Shown one piece after another: positions 9,091 through 17,896 of a DNA stretch of 64,000 nt. The position numbers and the translations under genes were made by a program. Position 1 is the first letter of the stretch. Every line of letters begins with the position of its first letter. The stretch is taken from NCBI GenBank assembly GCA_049997855.1, contig JBEKSG010000003.1:4154-68153 (forward strand), written 5' to 3'. Origin of the DNA: Minisyncoccia bacterium (lineage in GTDB: Bacteria > Patescibacteriota > Minisyncoccia > Phycocordibacterales > SBAW01). The notes under the pieces are model-generated. The model had not been told where the DNA came from and ran no database searches. It saw nothing but the letters and a program-made list of their open reading frames with translations.

Positions 9091-9471
9091 CTAGACAAAT
9101 CCGAAGTACAGTAAAACCACACCAACAATAAAAGCAACGATGCCGCCAAATAGGAGCACACCGTCTTTATTGCACTTCCGGTACAGCGCGATTGCAGGGC
9201 CGGGAAAAAGGAGAAGAAAAGCTCCTTTTATGAGAGTCAGCCAACCGAGGATCGTAATGAGCAACGCAAGGCCGGACGTCCAAGAATTGTTCATCACAAC
9301 GATCACGGCACCCATGGACAAAATAAGAAAGCCCCACAACCACAGAAACCCACGATCCTGACCTATCTTGTCGAGAGCAACTGACACATTCTTTCTATCG
9401 AAAATTACCGATAAACCCATTATTGCGAGAACTAACCCCAATACTTGAGCGATAGCGATTGAAGCATTCAT
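9091..9471 (-). CDS. Hypothetical 4-TM membrane protein
   Basis: Four hydrophobic segments; start taken at MNASIA. Confidence 0.7.
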   Translation of the reverse strand: MNASIAIAQVLGLVLAIMGLSVIFDRKNVSVALDKIGQDRGFLWLWGFLILSMGAVIVVMNNSWTSGLALLITILGWLTLIKGAFLLLFPGPAIALYRKCNKDGVLLFGGIVAFIVGVVLLYFGFV

Positions 9472-9573
9472 GCTGTTAACATTATTAATGATAATCAAAC
9501 AGATTCGACCTCTCGCTATTATTATAACCCCGCGATTGAGTTTCATCACAACACTCACTTCAGCGGTGATATA

Positions 9574-9768
9574 ATGCAGCGCATGATTAAGCGTCTTCCG
9601 CTCTCCGTGTATGCCGTCGGTGTCCTCGTCGCGTGGGCGATTGTTCTGTTTGTCGTGTCGCAATTTAGCCCAACAAACTTCGAGACAGCCATCGTTCTCT
9701 GCACCGGTTTCTTTCTGGGTGTGCTGTATATGTATCTCCGTATACGCGTATCACACCTCGATAAGTGA
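9574..9768 (+). CDS. Small 2-TM membrane protein
   Basis: 64 aa with two hydrophobic stretches. Confidence 0.55.
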   Translation: MQRMIKRLPLSVYAVGVLVAWAIVLFVVSQFSPTNFETAIVLCTGFFLGVLYMYLRIRVSHLDK

Positions 9769-9784
9769 GGAGCCGAAAAAACGG

Positions 9785-9857
9785 GGTGCCTACTGGGAAT
9801 CGAACCCAGATTGCGAGTTCCACAAACTCGAGTGTTGACCTTTACACCATAGGCACC
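9785..9857 (-). tRNA. tRNA-His(GUG)
   Basis: Cloverleaf with G-1, anticodon arm CGAGT-TTGTGGA-ACTCG, GGTTCGATTCC, C discriminator. Confidence 0.95.
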
Positions 9858-9932
9858 ATGTGCGCGCCAAAAAAATCTAGCGCTAGGCTCTATATATATC
9901 TTTTTTAAGGTTAAAAGTCGAGACCGGTTTAT

Positions 9933-10979
9933 TTACGGGTGGAAGAAAAACGCGACTGCAATGATGGCGTACGCGGCGAGGAGTTGCACGCCCTCAAACC
10001 AGTTGCTCTCACCGTCTTCGGCAACGGCGTTGACGATAAACACCGAGAGGATGATAGCCGCAAGCTCGAACGTGTTAAACACGAGCGCCATGTGCTCGGT
10101 AAACAAGAGGCTCGCGAGCACCAAGACGGGCGCGGCAAACATAGCTATCTGGATGGCCGACCCTATAGACACTTGGAGTGCGAGATCCATGCGGTTTTTG
10201 AGCGCAACCGTTATTGCCGATACGTGCTCGGCAGCGTTGCCGATGATAGCGATAAAAATAACACCGATAAACAACTCGCTCCATCCCCACGCTGCCACTA
10301 ACGGCTCGATGGCGCCAACCAATAACTCACTCATGTATGCAACGGTGATCGTTGATACAAAAAGTATCACAATGCTTTCGGTAACGCTCCATCGTGGCTC
10401 ATATTTGGTAACCTCCTCTTCGTACAAATGTTTATGTGTGTGGAGCGTAAACCAAAGGTTGGCAACATACGCCGCTATCATAATAATGGCAACAATGATC
10501 GAAAGTTGCTCGACAATAGCCGGCGAAACGGCGTTGGACGATTGCAAAAAGATGGCCGGCATCACGAGCGCGATAATTGCAAGGAGGAGTGTCGAGCCGG
10601 CTGCCTTGGCGGCTGTTGCGTTAAACGTTTGCTTGTTCTTTCTCCACCCGCCAAAAAGGATTGCCGTGCCGAGCACCAAGAGTAAGTTGCCCACAATGGA
10701 GCCGGTGATAGACGCTTTAACCACCTCGATGAGTCCCGCGCGCAAAGCAAAGATGCCGATAATGAGCTCGGTCGCGTTGCCAAATGTTGCGTTTAAGAGT
10801 CCGCCGAGTGCGGGATTGGTGCGGCCAGCAAGTTCTTCGGTTGCCTCGCCGATATATTTGGCGAGCGGCACGATGGCAAGCGCCGAGAGAAAAAACACCG
10901 CTTGTGGCGCAACTCCCGCATAGTAGGCCAGCACGGTTACTGGCACAAACACGAGTAGACCCAAAAAAAGTTTGTCCAT
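9933..10979 (-). CDS. Ca2+/H+ antiporter (CaCA/CAX family)
   Basis: GGLLNATFGNATE, GNAAEH, DGESNWFEG. Confidence 0.95.
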   Translation of the reverse strand: MDKLFLGLLVFVPVTVLAYYAGVAPQAVFFLSALAIVPLAKYIGEATEELAGRTNPALGGLLNATFGNATELIIGIFALRAGLIEVVKASITGSIVGNLLLVLGTAILFGGWRKNKQTFNATAAKAAGSTLLLAIIALVMPAIFLQSSNAVSPAIVEQLSIIVAIIMIAAYVANLWFTLHTHKHLYEEEVTKYEPRWSVTESIVILFVSTITVAYMSELLVGAIEPLVAAWGWSELFIGVIFIAIIGNAAEHVSAITVALKNRMDLALQVSIGSAIQIAMFAAPVLVLASLLFTEHMALVFNTFELAAIILSVFIVNAVAEDGESNWFEGVQLLAAYAIIAVAFFFHP

Positions 10980-11021
10980 ATATATGCCTAGCTTATCAAG
11001 CTATTGTACAATACAAAGGTC

Positions 11022-11312
11022 ATGCAATACTTCCATCAAGCAACTTATGGTAATGCGGGCAGCGTGCACACGCGACAGCCGCAGATGGTCATGCAAGGCA
11101 ACGCCGTATACAACACGCGCTATAACCCCGCCGGCGCCTCGGCGCATCCGGTGTATATGGTGCACGGCGGTCAGATGTATCGCACCGCGTTTCATCCGGA
11201 GGGAAAAAGTGAGCATCCGCTCTATGAAATCCGCGGCGACAAAGTGCACACCACGGTGTTCCACCCCGAACACAATCCAAGCCAGCATGTGTTTGAGCTG
11301 CGTTCAAAATAA
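11022..11312 (+). CDS. Hypothetical protein with ~23-aa internal repeats
   Basis: Three units of [YM]x(3)Gxx[VM][YH]xTx[FY][HN]PxG...HP. Confidence 0.7.
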   Translation: MQYFHQATYGNAGSVHTRQPQMVMQGNAVYNTRYNPAGASAHPVYMVHGGQMYRTAFHPEGKSEHPLYEIRGDKVHTTVFHPEHNPSQHVFELRSK

Positions 11313-11323
11313 AAAATTGTATT

Positions 11324-11410
11324 TGGTCACAAATAACTTTTTGCCGTCGCAAAAAGTTTTTGCGACCCCGACTCGCGGTTCCGCTTGCTAGCGGAACATC
11401 GCTCCGTCCC
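11324..11410 (-). repeat. tRNA-downstream double-hairpin element, copy 1
   Basis: Homologous to 29746..29829 with compensatory stem changes. Confidence 0.75.
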
Positions 11411-11457
11411 ACAAAAAGCAGAAAAACCCGCTCAAGCGGGATGTTTCTGTCTTTTTG

Positions 11458-11539
11458 TGCCCGGGAGAGGACTTGAACCTCCATGCCTTGCGGCACATCC
11501 ACCTCAAGGATGCTTGTATACCAATTTCAACACCCGGGC
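11458..11539 (-). tRNA. tRNA-Leu(GAG)
   Basis: Acceptor GCCCGGG, anticodon arm CATCC-TTGAGGT-GGATG, long variable arm. Confidence 0.95.
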
Positions 11540-11548
11540 AGGTATTTA

Positions 11549-12037
11549 TTATGCCTCAGACTTTTCGGTTTGAGGAGCGTCTGAAACTTCTGCTTCAACA
11601 ATCGGAGCTACCTCATCGTCAATAACGGCAACACGCGGAGCGACGGCTTGCTGGCGGCGCATTGCGCGCTTAACCTCGCTCGTGGCTTTTTCGCGGATAA
11701 AATAAAGCTTGGCGCGGCGCGTGCGGCTGCGGCGCAAAACTTCTATGGAGTCTATCATCGGCGAATAGAGCGGGAAAATTTTTTCGACTCCTACGCCCGA
11801 AGAAACTTTGCGGACGGTAAACATCGCGCCCGGCTCGGTGCCGTGCTTGACCGCCAATACCAAGCCCTCAAAAGCTTGTTTGCGGATGTTTTTGGTCGTG
11901 ACCATTTTTTTGTTGGCGCCCTTGCCCGTTTTTAGCTCCTCAATTTTTTGCCAGACGCGCACGGTATCGCCCGAGCGGAGACGCAGGCTTGCGCGTTCCT
12001 TTATATCAACAGGAGTGTGTTTTACGCCGGATTTCAT
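11549..12037 (-). CDS. rplS: 50S ribosomal protein L19
   Basis: GDTVRV, QAFEG, FTVRKVSSGVGVEKIFPLYSP, RRAKLYFIR. Confidence 0.96.
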   Translation of the reverse strand: MKSGVKHTPVDIKERASLRLRSGDTVRVWQKIEELKTGKGANKKMVTTKNIRKQAFEGLVLAVKHGTEPGAMFTVRKVSSGVGVEKIFPLYSPMIDSIEVLRRSRTRRAKLYFIREKATSEVKRAMRRQQAVAPRVAVIDDEVAPIVEAEVSDAPQTEKSEA

Positions 12038-12049
12038 TGCTCAAAGACT

Positions 12050-12805
12050 TTAACATATAAGGACAAACAGTGCAAAACTCTCTTTTTTTCTTAATGCAAT
12101 GTTAGCCGAAAGTAGTTTCTCAGCCCGTATAAAATCCTCCGGCAAGGGCGCCTCAAACTTCATCTTCTTGCCGTTAGGATGGGTAAAAACGATAGAGAAT
12201 GCGTGCAGTGCCAGCCGCTCGAAACCTAAAATTTTAGGGCGGCTCAGCGCGTAGAGTTGGTCGGCAACAATAGGATGCTGCACCGCGCTCAAGTGCACGC
12301 GTATCTGGTGCGTGCGCCCGGTTTTTGGGAACACCTCTATCTCAGTAGCAAGAGTAGCTCTTGCTACGACGCGATAGGCCGTGGTAGCCTCGCGCACGGT
12401 GCCATGCGGCAGCTTTGCCGAGCGCGGCCCGCGGCCACCACGGCTGCTGCCTATCGGTTTGTCGATGACTCCCCTGTCTTTGGTAATCGAGCCGTATACA
12501 AACGCGCGATAGGTTTTTTGTATCTCGTGCTCGGCAAATTGCTTTTTTAAAAACTCATATGCGGCCTCGGTCCGCGCCACCACCAATACGCCTGATGTTT
12601 CTCGGTCGATGCGATGCACAAAATGAAAGCCTGCCTGCGCAGGCAGGTTGCCTACACCATATTTTTTTTCAAGCCAATAACTCAAAGCCGGGTACTCATG
12701 CTTGCCGTCGGGATATACAATCATCCCAGCCGGTTTGTTGATGATCAGTATCTCGGCATCTTCATACATAATTTTAGGCTCCTGCATATTTATATATTCT
12801 CCCAT
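12050..12805 (-). CDS. RluA-family pseudouridine synthase
   Basis: INKPAG, VHRIDRETSG, TGRTHQIRVH, LALHA. Confidence 0.93.
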   Translation of the reverse strand: MGEYINMQEPKIMYEDAEILIINKPAGMIVYPDGKHEYPALSYWLEKKYGVGNLPAQAGFHFVHRIDRETSGVLVVARTEAAYEFLKKQFAEHEIQKTYRAFVYGSITKDRGVIDKPIGSSRGGRGPRSAKLPHGTVREATTAYRVVARATLATEIEVFPKTGRTHQIRVHLSAVQHPIVADQLYALSRPKILGFERLALHAFSIVFTHPNGKKMKFEAPLPEDFIRAEKLLSANIALRKKESFALFVLIC

Positions 12806-13002
12806 TCGTTACTTGAAATACCGGCTTGACGTAAAATCTCTGACAGTAAAGAGGATGAGATATCATTGTGATGTGGATTGGGAATATGGATTTTAAGAGT
12901 ATCGCGAACCATAAAAAGATGCCGACCTCCCGAGTAGGGGCCGTCAAAACCGAGCCGTCTAAACTTTTGAACTAGTTTTCGCCAAGAGATGCTCCTAGCC
13001 AT
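12790..13002 (-). CDS. hicA: HicA-family toxin
   Basis: GFDGPYSGGRHLFM, IPNPH, ILRQAGI. Confidence 0.88.
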   Translation of the reverse strand: MARSISWRKLVQKFRRLGFDGPYSGGRHLFMVRDTLKIHIPNPHHNDISSSLLSEILRQAGISSNEWENI

Positions 13003-13240
13003 TCTTAACCAACGAGCGACGATCGGTCTTTATTTGAAAGCCGGGGACCACTTCTCTGCTCTGCACTTTGAGAAGGAGCCAATCCTCAAGCACTTCACGG
13101 AGTTCAACCCGACAAGCAACCAAAGTGCGCGCATTGGCCCACACGCCGCGCACGCCGGAAATCTCACCAAAATAGCTACCGTCTTTGAGGCGCTTATAGC
13201 GAGCTTGTTTGAGTTTTTTGGAGAGAAATTCGGTCAACAT
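12995..13240 (-). CDS. hicB: HicB-family antitoxin
   Basis: YFGEI..GVWANA.TL..C..EL.EVLEDW; overlaps hicA. Confidence 0.85.
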   Translation of the reverse strand: MLTEFLSKKLKQARYKRLKDGSYFGEISGVRGVWANARTLVACRVELREVLEDWLLLKVQSREVVPGFQIKTDRRSLVKNG

Positions 13241-13288
13241 GATGTAGCCATCATAACAAAAAAGGTCCGCGCAGGCAACGACACAGAC

Positions 13289-13702
13289 CTAGTCAAGCTG
13301 TTTTATCAAGTCAACAACTTTTTCTTTTATTAAATCACGTATATTTGCATGAAAGAGCGCGCCAGTGCCGCCAGCGTCCGAAACATCCCAAAGTTCAAGT
13401 TTTGGTGAGCGAAGTAAATAATCGGGGAGCTCCTCCTTGGCGTTTAAAGCAATCACCTTATCTGCTTTTGCGACCAGTGCGGGCGTGAGTTTATTTCTCA
13501 ATTTTTTTCTTACATCAATCCCCACATCGTCCATTGCCGCAATTACTTTTTCTGTAACGTTTGATATGGGTTGATTTTCCTCCTCTAGCTCAACATGCGT
13601 GCCTGCGCTAAAGGCTTCGTGCTATGGCGCAAGATCAGCCAAAAACGCCTCCGCCATTTGGCTACGTCCGACATTTGCTTTACAGATAAATAAAACTTTC
13701 AT
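13289..13702 (-). pseudogene. LMW-PTP / ArsC-like protein interrupted by in-frame TAG (13622-13624)
   Basis: MKVLFICKANVGRSQMAEAF (CX5R P-loop) ..LAP*HEAFSAGT.. continues in frame into ORF 13289..13534. Confidence 0.85.
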
Positions 13703-13703
13703 G

Positions 13704-13776
13704 TGCACGCTGCAGGACTCGAACCTGCGACCATCCCGGTGTAAACGGGGCGCTCTACCAACTGAGCTAAGCGTGC
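13704..13776 (-). tRNA. tRNA-Val(UAC)
   Basis: TAGCTCAGTTGGTAGAGC, anticodon loop TTTACAC, GGTTCGAGTCC. Confidence 0.95.
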
Positions 13777-13857
13777 AACGCGCACTTTAATGCACGCCTT
13801 TATTTATACCCGTTTTTGAATGATTGTCACTGCATGCGAGCCAGAGGCGAAACCTCC

Positions 13858-15996
13858 TTACCACCCCCAATACCACCCCCAAGAGGAAGAAGCCTTAACC
13901 ACGACCCTTACCCACTGTGAAGATGGCAACCATCTGGCTGTGGGATATTGATTTGTTCTAGTAACCGGGAGGAAGTAGTACGTCCCGGCAGTTGTAGGTG
14001 TAAAGGTAAAGTTGAGCGGATTCTGCACGGCGGTGCCTACATCCGAGCCGGTTTCCAAACCGATGATTTCAGCGGCAGGAGAAGGAGGAATTTCGTTGAT
14101 GGAGTCCATGAGGAGCTGGTCGCCCGTGCCGGGAGTAAATGTTGCGTGGATGGTAGTCGATTGGCCGGTGTACAGGGTAGTTGCACCTGCCGAGATGGTC
14201 ATCGTGGGCGGAGCTGCCGGAGTAGTCGGGGTCGGAAACACCTTGGGCGAGCCAACGAGAAGCGTCATAACTGTCGGATCGCTTAGGTCTATGCCATAGG
14301 CATAGAGCGTGTGCGAAGCGGTCAGATACGATGCCGGCAATTGATACACGAATCCGTGATTGCCCGTGACATGCATGACACTATCCACATCAGGCCGTGA
14401 GGTGTTGGCAGGGATTGTGGCAACCAGTGTCCCGACACCCTTCGGGCCATCCGCATAGATGGCGACATTGACGGACGTGGAGGATGCATTGGGATCAAGC
14501 GACCATCCCGAGAGGACTCCTGCACTGCTTACAGAGTCAAAAAAACCGATAGGGGGGATGTTGTTCGGTGCAACGACGCTTACTGTAACTTGAGCGGTAT
14601 TGGAACCTTGTGCATTGGATGCAGTGAGGGTGTAAGTCGTCGTCTGCGACGGAGTAACTTGCACCGAAGTGCCGGTTACCGCGCCGATGCCGGATATGGA
14701 GAGCGACGTCGCTCCCGAAACAGACCATGAGAGCGTGATGCTTTGACCTTGGGTGACCGATGCGGGCGTTGAAACGAATGATGAGACGGTGGGAAGTGGA
14801 GGTGCGAGATTGGCAGAGCAATTAATACTTGGCAGGGTAACTCCCTTCCATGCCGCAACCGCTTGTTGCACGGCAGCCATCGGACCGCAGCCGAGCGCGA
14901 CAGACGGCTCGAGATCGTTGGAGAAGTTTGTCGTGTCTTGGTCGGAATGGATCCACTCGTTAAACTGGGTCAGGATGATGATTTCCGGATTATAGCTTAT
15001 GGCGGTGCTCCATTGCTTGTTGAAGGTAACCGCATAGTTGGAGGCCGTGCTCGAAGCATTTGTCGTGCCGTCGCGGCCTGCCAGCGTTGGGACACCGTCA
15101 TAGGTAGCAGGACAGCCAGCAGTAGTCCATCCGCAACCCGGATACGCTTGAGTCACGGTTATCGCCTCGACGCTGCCACTGCTATTGGAAGGCCGCGGAT
15201 TGCGGTCTTCCCAGCTCCAAATATCGCTGTTGCCCAAACCTTTTAGATACGGCTGTTCAAAAACCGACACGAACCTCACGGTAAAGCGCGAATCGTTCCA
15301 TGCCGGATTGATGACGCTTCCTTTAGCAGTAGGAATCCCGGTATACACAAGGAGCAGCGGTTTGCCGTTGAGTGAATAATAGATGTTGGGATATTGCGTG
15401 TACATCTGGTATGCGTAATCCGCTTCATTTTGGAGAATTGACTCACCGTTTAATTGGGGGAATTTCGTATTGATGACTTGGCTTTGGGTTATGCTGCCTT
15501 CGTCTTGCGCTGCCAGTGTTATCGCGATTCTCGGATACGGCTTGCCCTCATTTAAGAGGTTTTGATACTCGGTGAACAGAACGCTGGTATTTGTGCGCGA
15601 AATAGTTTCGGGCGATGTATTGCCCGCAACATAATTTGCAGCGCTATTGGTCCAGTCAAGGATGACGAAGTTTACGCCAAGATCGTTCAGCCATTCCGCA
15701 TGCTTGTCGATAATAGCCGTATTGGTCGAGGTGTAATCGCCGAGAAGCGGCGTGCTCCATGTGCCCCAATTAGGGTCAGTCCATAGGTTACCATTGCCTA
15801 GTGACGGGAACCATATTTCGTACTCCATCGCGATGCACTTTGATGTGCAGTTTGGCGTTACCGCGGAGAGTGCCACTGCCGCGCTCTGAGAAGCATTATT
15901 ACGTACATAAAATACACCGAACGCGGCGACTGCCAAGACAATCACAACAACTATTAAAAGCAACCATGTGTTGCGTCCCCATGTAAATTTCTTCAT
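13858..15996 (-). CDS. Membrane-anchored glycoside hydrolase-like (GH99/GH71-like) protein with Ig/PKD-like domains
   Basis: N-terminal TM; PLLGDY.S, IDKHAEWL..LGVNFVILDW, QFNEW..LEP; TTTYTLTA Ig-like strands. Confidence 0.7.
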   Translation of the reverse strand: MKKFTWGRNTWLLLIVVVIVLAVAAFGVFYVRNNASQSAAVALSAVTPNCTSKCIAMEYEIWFPSLGNGNLWTDPNWGTWSTPLLGDYTSTNTAIIDKHAEWLNDLGVNFVILDWTNSAANYVAGNTSPETISRTNTSVLFTEYQNLLNEGKPYPRIAITLAAQDEGSITQSQVINTKFPQLNGESILQNEADYAYQMYTQYPNIYYSLNGKPLLLVYTGIPTAKGSVINPAWNDSRFTVRFVSVFEQPYLKGLGNSDIWSWEDRNPRPSNSSGSVEAITVTQAYPGCGWTTAGCPATYDGVPTLAGRDGTTNASSTASNYAVTFNKQWSTAISYNPEIIILTQFNEWIHSDQDTTNFSNDLEPSVALGCGPMAAVQQAVAAWKGVTLPSINCSANLAPPLPTVSSFVSTPASVTQGQSITLSWSVSGATSLSISGIGAVTGTSVQVTPSQTTTYTLTASNAQGSNTAQVTVSVVAPNNIPPIGFFDSVSSAGVLSGWSLDPNASSTSVNVAIYADGPKGVGTLVATIPANTSRPDVDSVMHVTGNHGFVYQLPASYLTASHTLYAYGIDLSDPTVMTLLVGSPKVFPTPTTPAAPPTMTISAGATTLYTGQSTTIHATFTPGTGDQLLMDSINEIPPSPAAEIIGLETGSDVGTAVQNPLNFTFTPTTAGTYYFLPVTRTNQYPTARWLPSSQWVRVVVKASSSWGWYWGW

Positions 15997-16057
15997 GTCT
16001 TTAGTATAACATGCCTAAAAAGCATAGGGGGAGTATACGCCTCCTCAAGCGGCTCAT

Positions 16058-16132
16058 TGGTGCCCCCGCGAGGAATCGAACCTCGAATAGCGGCTTAGAA
16101 GTCCGCAGTTATATCCATTTAACTACAGGGGC
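16058..16132 (-). tRNA. tRNA-Arg(UCU), CCA encoded
   Basis: Anticodon loop CTTCTAA, GGTTCGATTCC, ends GCACCA. Confidence 0.95.
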
Positions 16133-16194
16133 GTAGGTGCTATGGGTGCCAAACACTGGCACAATACCATAGTACCGCTATTATTACGTGACAT

Positions 16195-16689
16195 ATGTTT
16201 TTGCGCGAATCGTATTGGCACGAACTTTTTGAAACGGGCGTTTTGCTCAAGGCTTTTAACAGCGCGTGGGAAATTACGGGCGGTTTTCTCCTCCTGGCCA
16301 ACGTGCGCGGCTGGTTCCCCCACTTGTTTGTGTTGCTCACGCGCGCAGTGTTTTTGGGCGGCCACGGCGGCTTGGTGCTCAATATTGTTAATGCTCATGT
16401 GCACAACCTCGCACCCGGCACGCAGCTTTTTGTCGCCGCTTACTTGCTCTTCCACGGCATGATGAATCTCTTTCTTTCTTACAACTTATACAAAAACCAT
16501 CTATGGGCATATTCTTTTACCGCGGTGTTTACGAGCACGTTCCTTATATATCAGGTGTATCGTCTCGCACATACCCACTCGCTGGTGCTCTTTATCGTAA
16601 GCATCCTCGACTTTATCTTTATCATCCTCACCTGGCACGAGTACAAACATCAACTCGCTAAAGCAACACGCCATGCATCTCACGCTTGA
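16195..16689 (+). CDS. DUF2127-like membrane protein
   Basis: G.LLKA..WE..GG, YLLFHG, YQVYR..HTHS, LTWHEY. Confidence 0.8.
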   Translation: MFLRESYWHELFETGVLLKAFNSAWEITGGFLLLANVRGWFPHLFVLLTRAVFLGGHGGLVLNIVNAHVHNLAPGTQLFVAAYLLFHGMMNLFLSYNLYKNHLWAYSFTAVFTSTFLIYQVYRLAHTHSLVLFIVSILDFIFIILTWHEYKHQLAKATRHASHA

Positions 16690-17272
16690 CCCGCTCGCGA
16701 TTATCACGACGCTCGGCTATGTTGGGCTTTTGGCAATTATATTTGCAGAGTCGGGGCTTTTTTTTGGATTCTTTTTCCCCGGCGACAGCCTCCTTTTTAC
16801 TGCGGGGCTCCTTGCAGCCACGCATGTGCTCAACCTTCCTGTGCTTTTGGTGCTGGTGCCGCTCGCTGCAATCCTCGGCGACTCGGCGGGTTACGCGTTT
16901 GGCGCATGGATCGGTCCTAAGATTTTTACCAAAGAGGATTCGTTTTTCTTTAACAAGCGGCACATCGAACGCTCCGAGGAGTTTTACGAAAAATACGGCG
17001 CGCGAGCGCTTGTGTTGGCACGTTTTGTCCCGGTGGTGCGCACCTTTGTGCCGATAGTCGCCGGCGTGGGCAGGATGGCTTACGCCACTTTTATCATCTT
17101 CAACGGCATCGGCGGCCTTTTGTGGGGCTTGAGCATCACGCTGCTCGGTTACTTTTTAGGCAATGCCTTCCCTGCCACAGAGAATTATTTTACGCCGATT
17201 ATTGTGCTTATCGTTTTTATATCAATCCTGCCCATCGTGCGCGAGCTCTGGCTCGCGCACAAAAAAACATAA
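16673..17272 (+). CDS. DedA/VTT family membrane protein
   Basis: FAESGL..FFPGDSLLFTAG, ARFVPVVRTF. Confidence 0.95.
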   Translation: MHLTLDPLAIITTLGYVGLLAIIFAESGLFFGFFFPGDSLLFTAGLLAATHVLNLPVLLVLVPLAAILGDSAGYAFGAWIGPKIFTKEDSFFFNKRHIERSEEFYEKYGARALVLARFVPVVRTFVPIVAGVGRMAYATFIIFNGIGGLLWGLSITLLGYFLGNAFPATENYFTPIIVLIVFISILPIVRELWLAHKKT

Positions 17273-17300
17273 ACAAAACAATGAGCGTTAAGTACCATGG

Positions 17301-17756
17301 TTAATCAATTTCATAATTTTTATGATTTTTTATCCGATCAAGATAACTTTGTAATATCACCGCCGCCGCCGAGGCATCGAGCTTTGACTCCGACGCTTTG
17401 GTCGGAGCCCCGACCCTTTCAGGGCGTCGGGGTTGGCTATAGTCATGGTACTGCCGCGCGGCGGCAGCGCTGCTTAAAAATTCTGCCTCGTACACCACCG
17501 GCACACCTGCAACCTCCTCTAAGTCTTTTTTAAACCGCTCGATGTCCTCCATCACTTTGTTGGCCTCGCCCTTAAAATTGCGTGACTCTCCCAAAATTAT
17601 TTTTTGCGCGCTTTCTTTTTGAGCTATCGCGGCTATCTCGCCCACCGTATGCGGCCCGGCGACAATAGTAACGAGCGGGAAAGCGATTGAGCCGCTCTCA
17701 TCGGAGCGGGCAAGCCCAATGCGTTTGGTGCCGTAGTCGATGCCAATATATTTCAT
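17301..17756 (-). CDS. ruvX: YqgF/RuvX nuclease
   Basis: IGIDYGTKRIGLA.SD, LDASAAAVILQSYLD; true start MKYIG (track extension overlaps tRNA-Ser). Confidence 0.93.
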   Translation of the reverse strand: MKYIGIDYGTKRIGLARSDESGSIAFPLVTIVAGPHTVGEIAAIAQKESAQKIILGESRNFKGEANKVMEDIERFKKDLEEVAGVPVVYEAEFLSSAAAARQYHDYSQPRRPERVGAPTKASESKLDASAAAVILQSYLDRIKNHKNYEID

Positions 17757-17808
17757 TGCCCCCTTAGCATAGCCAATAAAGCACAAAAAGTGTATTGTTT
17801 CGTTTATT

Positions 17809-17896
17809 GGAGGGGTGCGTGAGTGGTTGAAACGAACAGTTTTGAAAACTGTCATACCGCAAGGTATCGAGAGTCCGAATCTCTCCCCCTCCGCCA
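17809..17896 (+). tRNA. tRNA-Ser(UGA), CCA encoded
   Basis: Acceptor GGAGGGG/CCCCTCC, anticodon arm ACAGT-TTTGAAA-ACTGT, long variable arm. Confidence 0.95.

Noticed and set aside
11880-11945. Extra residues in L19 (LKTGKGANKKMVTTKNI) as another palindromic insertion
   Set aside because: No inverted repeat is visible in the DNA; treated as an ordinary loop extension.
17809-17896. tRNA with TGA in the anticodon loop as tRNA-Sec or an opal suppressor for the dsbA UGA
   Set aside because: Anticodon UGA reads UCA (Ser); a UGA reader needs anticodon UCA. The acceptor stem is a normal 7 bp.
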